Below are positions 15,516 to 20,997 of a DNA stretch of 20,997 nt, in pieces. Location: assembly GCA_964387425.1 (NCBI GenBank), contig CAYLXP010000099.1:1-20997 (forward strand), written 5' to 3'. The notes beneath the pieces are model-generated. The model did no database searches. It worked only from the letters and a program-made list of their open reading frames with translations, and was not told the DNA's origin. The stretch comes from an uncultured Victivallales bacterium. GTDB taxonomy: Bacteria; Verrucomicrobiota; Kiritimatiellia; UBA8416. The position numbers and the translations under genes are program-made. Position 1 is the stretch's first letter, and every line of letters starts with the position of its first letter.

Positions 15516-15818
15516 ATGGCTGCAAAGAAGACCGATGAGAAGGCGCCGAGTTTTGAGAAATCCATGGATCGCCTTGAGGCGATTGTCTCCGATATGGAAG
15601 GCGGCGAGCTCAGCCTGGACGCGATGATTACGCGTTTCGAAGAGGGACAGTCGCTGATCAAGTTCTGCTCGGGAAAACTGGACGAGGTGGAGCGGAAGAT
15701 CGAGAAACTGCTGACGACCGAGGGCGACATCCAAACGGCGCCATTTGGTGACGACACTGACGACGATGACGACGACGATGAGAACGGCGACGACGAGGAA
15801 GGGAAGTTGCTGTTCTGA
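15516..15818 (+). CDS. xseB: exodeoxyribonuclease VII small subunit with a poly-acidic C-terminal tail
   Basis: 'SFEKSMDRLEAIVSDMEGGELSLDAMITRFEEGQSLIKFCSGKLDEVERKIEKLL' is typical XseB. RBS AAGGAG lies 7 nt before ATG 15516. The C-terminus reads 'DDTDDDDDDDENGDDEEG'. Confidence 0.85.
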   Translation: MAAKKTDEKAPSFEKSMDRLEAIVSDMEGGELSLDAMITRFEEGQSLIKFCSGKLDEVERKIEKLLTTEGDIQTAPFGDDTDDDDDDDENGDDEEGKLLF

Positions 15819-15879
15819 ACGTCGAGCATCCAGCCAACGCCCAAGACGGGCAAGCCTCGAACACTGAGCCTCGAACACC
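15817..15879 (+). repeat. copy A of a dispersed intergenic repeat (roughly 75% identical to the core of copy B at 20858-20920)
   Basis: Copy A reads 'gaacgtcgagcatccagccaacgcccaagacgggcaagcctcgaacactgagcctcgaacacc'. It aligns to 'gaacgtccaacaccgaaccaacgccacaggcgggcaagcattgaacatccaacctcgaacgaa' in copy B. The shared core is 'ccaacgcc..a.g.cgggcaagc.t.gaaca...cctcgaac'. It starts at the xseB stop codon and runs up to the dppD-like start. Confidence 0.45.
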
Positions 15880-15880
15880 T

Positions 15881-16855
15881 GTGTTGTTGGATGTCCAGGG
15901 CCTCTCTGTCGGTTTTCGCAACGGGCCTGACGAGGTGATCGTTGTTCGGGACGTGAGTCTGCGCATTCGCGAGGGCGAGACGGTCGCGCTGGTAGGCGAG
16001 AGCGGTTGTGGCAAGAGTGTCACGGCGCTTTCCCTGGCGCGTTTACTGCCTGAGCCTCCGGCATTTCATCCAGCCGGTGTCATCGTCTTTCGTGGACGCG
16101 AAGTACTGCAGATGTCACGGGCAGAGATGCGAGCGATTCGCGGCGGCCAGATTGCCTACGTGTTCCAGGATCCCGGGACAGCATTGAATCCCGTCTTCAG
16201 GATTGGGTTCCAGCTCCAGGAAGCAATTCGGTCGCATCGGAAAGATGTCGATGCGGACGAGGAGGCGGTTCGCCTGCTCAAGCAGGTCGGGTTGCCCGAT
16301 CCAGGAGCCTGTCTGCGGTCGTATCCGCACGAACTGAGCGGCGGCATGCAACAGCGAGTGGTCATCGCGATGGCATTGGCCTGTCGCCCCAAGCTGCTGG
16401 TGGCCGATGAGCCGACGACGGCGCTGGATGTGACGATCCAGGCGCAGATCCTTGATCTTCTGAAGAGTCTCCAGGAGGAGCTGGGAATGGCCGTGCTGCT
16501 GATTACGCACAATCTTGGCCTGGTTGCGGACGTTGCCCATAGTGTTAACGTGATGTATGCGGGGAGTCTCGTGGAATCGGGACGCGTCGAGGAGGTGCTT
16601 GCCGCTCCAGCCCATCACTATACGAAGGGTCTGCTCGATGCCGTGCCCCGGTTGGCCGCTTCGGAAGGCCGCATGCAGGGAATTGATGGTGCGGTCCCTT
16701 CGCCACGCGAACTGCCGTTGGGCTGCCCGTTTGCCCCGCGCTGCGCCAAGGCCGCGGATGAATGCCGCCGCACGATGCCGAGGACGCGCAGCATCTCTAG
16801 TGGTCGTGGCCATGCCGTACGCTGTCATTTTCCTTTGGGAGTCGCCGTGAATTGA
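15881..16855 (+). CDS. Dpp/Opp-family ABC transporter ATP-binding protein (DppD/OppD-like)
   Basis: Walker A 'GESGCGKSVT', signature 'LSGGMQQRV' and Walker B 'LLVADEPTTALD' are present, with a Cys-rich oligopeptide C-terminal extension ('GCPFAPRCAKAADECRR'). GTG or TTG start at 15881. Confidence 0.85.
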   Translation: MLLDVQGLSVGFRNGPDEVIVVRDVSLRIREGETVALVGESGCGKSVTALSLARLLPEPPAFHPAGVIVFRGREVLQMSRAEMRAIRGGQIAYVFQDPGTALNPVFRIGFQLQEAIRSHRKDVDADEEAVRLLKQVGLPDPGACLRSYPHELSGGMQQRVVIAMALACRPKLLVADEPTTALDVTIQAQILDLLKSLQEELGMAVLLITHNLGLVADVAHSVNVMYAGSLVESGRVEEVLAAPAHHYTKGLLDAVPRLAASEGRMQGIDGAVPSPRELPLGCPFAPRCAKAADECRRTMPRTRSISSGRGHAVRCHFPLGVAVN

Positions 16856-16865
16856 TGATTGAGAG

Positions 16866-16906
16866 CCGCGATGCAATATTGCATCGCGGTGGCCACATGC
16901 TATCAT
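16866..16906 (+). promoter_or_regulatory. perfect 24-bp palindrome overlapping a sigma70-like promoter directly upstream of the DUF433 gene
   Basis: The palindrome CCGCGATGCAAT|ATTGCATCGCGG spans 16866-16889. The promoter is -35 TTGCAT (16879-16884), a 16-nt spacer, then -10 TATCAT (16901-16906). The predicted TSS is at about 16913, 2-3 nt before ATG 16916, so the mRNA is near-leaderless. No SD sequence is visible. Confidence 0.55.
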
Positions 16907-16915
16907 ACGAACACC

Positions 16916-17140
16916 ATGAACGAGTACATAGCAATCGAACCAGGCGTTTGCCATGGGAAGCCTTGCATCAGGGGTACCCGAATACTGGTCAGCGGTATTC
17001 TGAATATGATGGCACACGGTGCCGACATCGGCGAGGTGCTTGACGCCTACCCACAGCTCTCACGTGAAGCCGTGCTTGCAGCACTTGCCTACGCCGAAGC
17101 TCTCGTCGAAGATGAAGAAATCCTGCCGGTTGCGGTCTGA
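16916..17140 (+). CDS. DUF433-family small protein (putative antitoxin or DNA-binding partner)
   Basis: 'MNEYIAIEPGVCHGKPCIRGTRILVSGILNMMAHGADIGEVLDAYPQLSREAVLAALAYAE' matches the DUF433 pattern (I..dP.v..GkP.IrGTRi.V..vl..l..G.s.eeIl..yP.Lt.e.i.aAL.YA). It is about 75 aa. The tracked upstream extension from 16859 runs through the palindrome. Confidence 0.8.
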   Translation: MNEYIAIEPGVCHGKPCIRGTRILVSGILNMMAHGADIGEVLDAYPQLSREAVLAALAYAEALVEDEEILPVAV

Positions 17141-17505
17141 TGCGTTTGCTTCTGGATGAGAACCTGCCCATCATGACGGTCAAGTTTCTTCGCGAGTTGG
17201 GCCACGATGTGGTTGGCGTTCACGATGAAAGTCTCGTTTCCCAGGCGGACGAGTTCATTTTCGCGCACGCGCGACAGTCCGAGCGTGTGCTCGTTACCTA
17301 CAATGCTGACTTCATCGATCTGCGGGCATTGGCAGGAGTCCATCACAGCGGCATCATAAGGCTGCGGATCAGTAACCAGCGGCCCCACTTTGCACATCCG
17401 ATCTTGCGGACAGCTCTTGAGCAACTGCAGGATCGCGATCTTGCGGATACGCTTGTCACCGTGAGTGACCAGCGCATTCGTGTGCGGCACACTTCAGAGC
17501 CCTGA
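17140..17505 (+). CDS. DUF5615-family PIN-like protein (putative toxin partner of the DUF433 gene)
   Basis: 'MRLLLDENLPIMTVKFLRELGHDVVGVHDESLVSQADEFIFAHARQSERVLVTYNADFIDL' is the DUF5615 / Mut7-C-like PIN-fold signature (DENL...GHDV...T.D.DF). The start overlaps the DUF433 stop by 1 nt (TGATG at 17138-17142). Confidence 0.8.
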   Translation: MRLLLDENLPIMTVKFLRELGHDVVGVHDESLVSQADEFIFAHARQSERVLVTYNADFIDLRALAGVHHSGIIRLRISNQRPHFAHPILRTALEQLQDRDLADTLVTVSDQRIRVRHTSEP

Positions 17506-17517
17506 GCCCGTCGTACG

Positions 17518-18510
17518 ATGCAAACGGAAACACATCATCTCCTTCTCGATGTCTGTGACCTCGTGGTCGAGTACCAGGTGGAGGGGAAGCGCGTGCTGCG
17601 GGCGGTTGATGGCGTGAGCTTCTCGGTCGGAAGGAACGAAGTCGTCGGGCTTGTGGGGGAGAGCGGTTGCGGGAAGACGACGACAGGCAATGCCATCGTG
17701 GGGCTGGCGCCCGTGGCTGCGGGGACGATTCAGTTCGACGGCCGGGACATAACGAGTCGCACGGCGGCGGAGAAGCGGCAGCTTTGCTGCGAGGTACAGA
17801 TGGTCTTCCAGGACCCGATGGGTTCGCTCAATCCCCGCCTTCCCGTTGGTGACGCCGTGCTCGAGACGCTTGTTGTCCATCGTGGCCGCCTGGGGTTAGC
17901 CACGCGCGCGGCACAGCGTGCCCGGGTTGAGGAGCTGCTCGACATGGTGGGCCTGGGAGCGGACTTCATCCCGCGCTACCCGCACGAGTTGAGTGGGGGG
18001 CAGCGGCAGCGGGTCGGCATCGCGAGAGCTCTCGCGGTTCAACCGCGTCTGCTGATCGCCGATGAACCGGTCTCCGCCCTGGATGTTTCCGTACAGGTGC
18101 AGATTCTCAACCTGCTCAAGGACCTGAGCGCGGAGCTTTCGTTTGCCTGCCTGTTCGTCGCACACGATCTTGCTGTCGTACGGTACATGTGTGACCGGAC
18201 GCTGGTGATGTACTTTGGGGAGATCGTGGAGGAAGGCCCCACGGAAGCGCTATTCCAACAGCCTTCTCATCCCTACACGCGAGCGTTGCTGTCGGCGGTG
18301 CCCGACGTAGACAAGGGCCTGGCCGCACGGAAGGGCGGGGGAGACCGCATCATTCTCGAGGGTGAAGTTCCGTCGCGACTCGAACCGGTTGAGGGCTGTC
18401 CATTCCACACGCGTTGTCCGCAGGCGGTCGAACGTTGCCGGACGGATAAGCCGGTCGCAACCGATTGTGGTGACGGCCATCTTTCGCGCTGTCATTTTGC
18501 CCACGGATGA
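17518..18510 (+). CDS. Dpp/Opp-family ABC transporter ATP-binding protein (DppF/OppF-like)
   Basis: Walker A 'GESGCGKTTT', signature 'LSGGQRQRV' and Walker B 'LLIADEPVSALD' are present, with the C-terminal 'GCPFHTRCPQAVERCR' extension. It lies 12 nt downstream of the DUF5615 stop. No obvious SD. Confidence 0.85.
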   Translation: MQTETHHLLLDVCDLVVEYQVEGKRVLRAVDGVSFSVGRNEVVGLVGESGCGKTTTGNAIVGLAPVAAGTIQFDGRDITSRTAAEKRQLCCEVQMVFQDPMGSLNPRLPVGDAVLETLVVHRGRLGLATRAAQRARVEELLDMVGLGADFIPRYPHELSGGQRQRVGIARALAVQPRLLIADEPVSALDVSVQVQILNLLKDLSAELSFACLFVAHDLAVVRYMCDRTLVMYFGEIVEEGPTEALFQQPSHPYTRALLSAVPDVDKGLAARKGGGDRIILEGEVPSRLEPVEGCPFHTRCPQAVERCRTDKPVATDCGDGHLSRCHFAHG

Positions 18511-18543
18511 TATACTCACCGCATCTTGAGGAGACGCCAGTTC

Positions 18544-19392
18544 ATGATAAGAGCTTTCCTTTGCACAGCACTGGTCTGCGTTCTGACCGGTTGCGGTCAT
18601 GCTACCCTGGACGGCCGGCTAGGTGCGGGCGTCCGCTATTCATCCTACGGTCCTCCCTCTAATCCCGGCGCTCGATACTGGACCAGGGTGGCTCGCGATA
18701 TGGCGGACACCTTTCCGAAAGCCGTCCCCCAAGTGGTGTGGATCGTGGGTACCCGTGAGGGCACCGGTACCCGCCTTAACTTCCCCGGGCAGAGCGATAG
18801 CCCGCACATTATGTTCTCGGAGGCAGACGCAAACGAAGAGGTGCTGACTCGGTTTGATCGTATGCGGGGGCAGGTTTGGTTGCAGGTGGAACCGGGGCAG
18901 GCTTCGGTAGAGGAGTTGATTGACATTCTGCTCCAGCGCTATGGACATCACCGGTGCGTGATCGGAGTGGGCGTGGATGTTGAGTGGTTTGGTGCCGGCG
19001 ATGATGCGATCGGGACGCCCGTGTCGGACGAGGTGGCCCGGTCCTGGGTCGCGGCTGTTCGCAAGCACGGATCGAACTACTGGCTCTTTCTAAAGCACTG
19101 GCTGACGTCGCACATGCCGCCGACAGAGAGAGACGGCATCATGTTCATTGATGACAGCCAGGACCTCCATTCCCTCAATGCCATGGTGTCTGAGTTCAAG
19201 ATGTGGGGGAAGGCGTTCGAGCCTGCCCCAGTTGGCTTCCAGTATGGGTACGCTTCCGATAGGGAGTGGTGGCAGGTCCTGGACAATCCTCCGGCTGACA
19301 TCGGTGATGCGCTTCTTTTCGAAATCCCGAACACAAAAGGCCTGTACTGGGTGGACTTCACGGTCTTTGAGATTTTCCCGCCAGAAGAATGA
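18544..19392 (+). CDS. lipoprotein of unknown function (283 aa)
   Basis: The signal peptide 'MIRAFLCTALVCVLTGCGHA' carries the lipobox LTG|C. RBS GAGGAGA (18528-18534) lies 9 nt before ATG 18544, 33 nt after the dppF-like stop. The mature part contains 'VGVDVEWFGAG'. A glycoside-hydrolase-like TIM-barrel fold is only a guess. Confidence 0.7.
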   Translation: MIRAFLCTALVCVLTGCGHATLDGRLGAGVRYSSYGPPSNPGARYWTRVARDMADTFPKAVPQVVWIVGTREGTGTRLNFPGQSDSPHIMFSEADANEEVLTRFDRMRGQVWLQVEPGQASVEELIDILLQRYGHHRCVIGVGVDVEWFGAGDDAIGTPVSDEVARSWVAAVRKHGSNYWLFLKHWLTSHMPPTERDGIMFIDDSQDLHSLNAMVSEFKMWGKAFEPAPVGFQYGYASDREWWQVLDNPPADIGDALLFEIPNTKGLYWVDFTVFEIFPPEE

Positions 19393-19416
19393 CATGTGTT
19401 TTTTCTGAAATTCCTG

Positions 19417-19446
19417 TTGACGCAAAGAACTTTGTGATGCAAAGTT
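19417..19446 (+). promoter_or_regulatory. promoter-like -35 (TTGACG) followed by a 7-5-7 palindromic operator-like site AACTTTG-TGATG-CAAAGTT
   Basis: TTGACG lies at 19417-19422. The perfect inverted repeat aactttg (19428-19434) / caaagtt (19440-19446) has a 5-nt spacer. It sits in the 60-nt AT-rich gap between the lipoprotein stop and the next ORF. No convincing -10 was found. Confidence 0.4.
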
Positions 19447-19454
19447 GATGGCGA

Positions 19455-19958
19455 TTGAGGAAACGTCTGACTCGCACGGAGGCCGAATTGACCGATACGC
19501 CGGATAGTGAAAAACGCGAGAAGCGACACGACGCAACCTACTGGTTCAGGTGGGTGATGGTGCTGCCGGCGACCGGCGCGGCGTTTCTCATGGCCGGTAT
19601 CCTCGGCGCCATCCCCGCCTTCTTCGTCCAGGATGAGTGGGGGCTCATTCTCTCGGGACCCCTGTGTGCGATAGCCTGGGTATTTGTTGCCTGGGCGACG
19701 GCGCCCTCACATCGGGTGACGACTGCCATCTCAGCATTTTGCGTGGGTGCCGGAGTCGCGGCCGGGCTTGTGCTGCTGATCCCCGTGGGCTTCGTCCTGA
19801 AATTCACGATGTTCACCCTCACGTGTGCAGGCGGTCTGGGAGCTCTTGCCTTCTGCCTGCCCAAGGCTCATCGGCAGAAGGTGATTCAACAGATCAAGAC
19901 AGTCACATCAAACAGCATTAAGACTATTCAGAACACGGCAACAATGAAGGAGGACGGA
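19455..19958 (+). other. in-frame upstream extension of the SPFH ORF encoding about 4 transmembrane helices (possible N-terminal domain of a fusion protein, or translated leader)
   Basis: No stop codon separates this segment from the SPFH part. It encodes 'LPATGAAFLMAGILGAIPAFF', 'LILSGPLCAIAWVFVAWA', 'AISAFCVGAGVAAGLVLLIPVGFVL' and 'FTLTCAGGLGALAFCL'. Candidate starts are TTG 19455 or ATG 19557, the latter after AGGTGG at 19548-19553. The last 60 nt (19900-19958) are AT-rich with A/T third positions, like a linker or UTR. Confidence 0.35.
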
Positions 19959-20849
19959 ATGTCAGAGCACCAGAGTATTCGACAGTTTATCAAGGGGAAC
20001 ATCTGGGCCAAGTTGGTGACCATAGTCATCGTGTTGGTTGTGGCTGCGAACGTGGTCATCGGCCTCGGTCGCGGCACCGTGGATATCATCACGCAGGAGT
20101 ACAAGGGACTCTACATGCGGATGGGGCGCTATGTCCGGACGGTTGATCCTGGTCTTCATCTGAAGATTCCCATCGTCGATCAGATCATCCGTGTCAACGT
20201 TCGGGAGCGACAGGGCTATATCCAGCATGTTGATGCAATGACCAAGGACAATGTCATCATGCGCGTCTCATTGCAGTACACGTTCGAGGTCACCGATCCC
20301 GTGAAATACCGCCTTGAGATGGATGATCCGGACAATATCATTCTCGAGTTCGTGCAGGGTAAGCTCCGCGACATCGTCAACACCATCTCGATGGCGGAGG
20401 TTATGCAGCAACGCCAGCAGCTCGGTCAGAGCATGACCGACGCACTGGCGGAGAAGGAGTCGCACTTTGGTGTCCATTTCCTGCTGATCCAAGTGCAGGG
20501 CACCTACCCTCCGACCGAGGTAGAGGAGGCGATCAAGCAGCGCATGGTGAGCGAACAGCGCACCGTGGCGGCTGAGCAGGAGGCGAGGCAGAAGGAGATC
20601 ATCGCTGATGCCGACTTCTACGAAGCACAGAAGCGTACGGATGCCGCCAAGTACGAGATCGAGGAAACGGCTGCGGCCAAGAAGGAATCGATCAACCTGT
20701 TGCTCGGAGAACTCTCCCAGAATGAAGCTCTGGGCGAGAAGTACCTCGAGTACTTGATCGCCCAAGAGCTCAAGAGCAACAGCAAGTGGATTATTTCCGG
20801 GAGCCAAGTTCCCGAGATGCATCTGAATGCAGAGGGTGGGGGGCAGTAG
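19959..20849 (+). CDS. SPFH/band-7 (stomatin/HflC-like) membrane protein
   Basis: A consensus RBS AAGGAGG (19947-19953) lies 5 nt before ATG 19959. It is followed by a TM helix 'IWAKLVTIVIVLVVAANVVIGLG' and then the SPFH core ('YMRMGRYVRTVDPGLHLKIPIVDQIIRVNVRERQ...MTKDNVIMRVSLQYTFEVTDP'). A coiled-coil, Glu/Ala-rich C-terminus follows. Confidence 0.75.
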   Translation: MSEHQSIRQFIKGNIWAKLVTIVIVLVVAANVVIGLGRGTVDIITQEYKGLYMRMGRYVRTVDPGLHLKIPIVDQIIRVNVRERQGYIQHVDAMTKDNVIMRVSLQYTFEVTDPVKYRLEMDDPDNIILEFVQGKLRDIVNTISMAEVMQQRQQLGQSMTDALAEKESHFGVHFLLIQVQGTYPPTEVEEAIKQRMVSEQRTVAAEQEARQKEIIADADFYEAQKRTDAAKYEIEETAAAKKESINLLLGELSQNEALGEKYLEYLIAQELKSNSKWIISGSQVPEMHLNAEGGGQ

Positions 20850-20850
20850 C

Positions 20851-20965
20851 CCGTTCCGAACGTCCAACACCGAACCAACGCCACAGGCGGGCAAGCATTG
20901 AACATCCAACCTCGAACGAAGAGAACTTCAGACTTCGATGTTCGGTGTTGGACGTTCGGTGTTCA
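20851..20965 (+). repeat. copy B of the dispersed repeat, with 20-bp perfect terminal inverted repeats (MITE/REP-like palindromic element)
   Basis: The 5' arm 'ccgaacgtccaacaccgaac' (20856-20875) is the exact reverse complement of 'gttcggtgttggacgttcgg' (20940-20959). The 64-nt spacer contains the core shared with copy A. A direct partial duplicate 'gttcggtgtt' lies at 20955-20964. The element begins 2 nt after the SPFH stop codon. Confidence 0.5.
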
Positions 20966-20997
20966 TCTCTTCATCACCCATCATACCGGTAGCCGGC

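Noticed and set aside
15021-15878. 285-aa and 202-aa - strand ORFs over the xseA 3' end, xseB and the repeat
   Set aside because: They are antisense to xseA and xseB and are low-complexity translations.
1-20997. CRISPR arrays, tRNA/rRNA genes and transposase/integrase genes
   Set aside because: No regularly spaced direct repeats were seen. No T-loop (GTTCRA) or acceptor-stem context was found in the GC hairpin regions checked (1540-1570, 4820-4950). No rRNA signature blocks were seen. No ORF carries DDE or tyrosine-recombinase motifs.

Overview
This is high-GC (~60-65%) bacterial chromosomal DNA. Almost all genes are on the + strand, and TTG/GTG starts are frequent.

Housekeeping core:
- The classic thrS-infC-rpmI-rplT-pheS-pheT block. 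infC appears to start at a non-canonical AUU. An intrinsic terminator/attenuator hairpin lies between rplT and pheS.
- rarA(mgsA) then 5-formyltetrahydrofolate cyclo-ligase (ygfA-like), with a 4-nt ATGA overlap.
- rny (RNase Y), ymdB-like phosphoesterase, xseA and xseB.

Left edge: a histidine-kinase catalytic core whose sensory N-terminus is cut off by in-frame stops, a convergent hemerythrin-like gene, a 360-nt highly structured GC-hairpin-rich divergent intergenic region, and a Cys-rich hypothetical protein.

Right third, which looks accessory:
- Two orphan Dpp/Opp-type ABC ATPase genes with no permease or binding-protein genes nearby.
- A DUF433/DUF5615 (PIN-like) toxin-antitoxin-like cassette inserted between them. 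It carries its own promoter overlapped by a perfect 24-bp palindrome.
- A lipoprotein of unknown function.
- An SPFH/band-7 membrane protein whose ORF is fused in frame to an upstream 4-TM segment, with a palindromic operator-like site upstream.
- Two copies of a ~60-110 bp dispersed repeat, each lying directly after a stop codon.

A low-GC 400-bp island between pheT and rarA carries a good sigma70-like promoter and a strongly structured RNA candidate with UUCG and CUUG tetraloops, a 16-bp closing helix and a T8 run. It sits directly upstream of rarA-ygfA, the gene neighbourhood where 6S RNA (ssrS) is classically found.

I found no rRNA, tRNA, CRISPR array or transposase. Every coordinate, domain call and motif below was read by eye from the sequence, and no searches were run.
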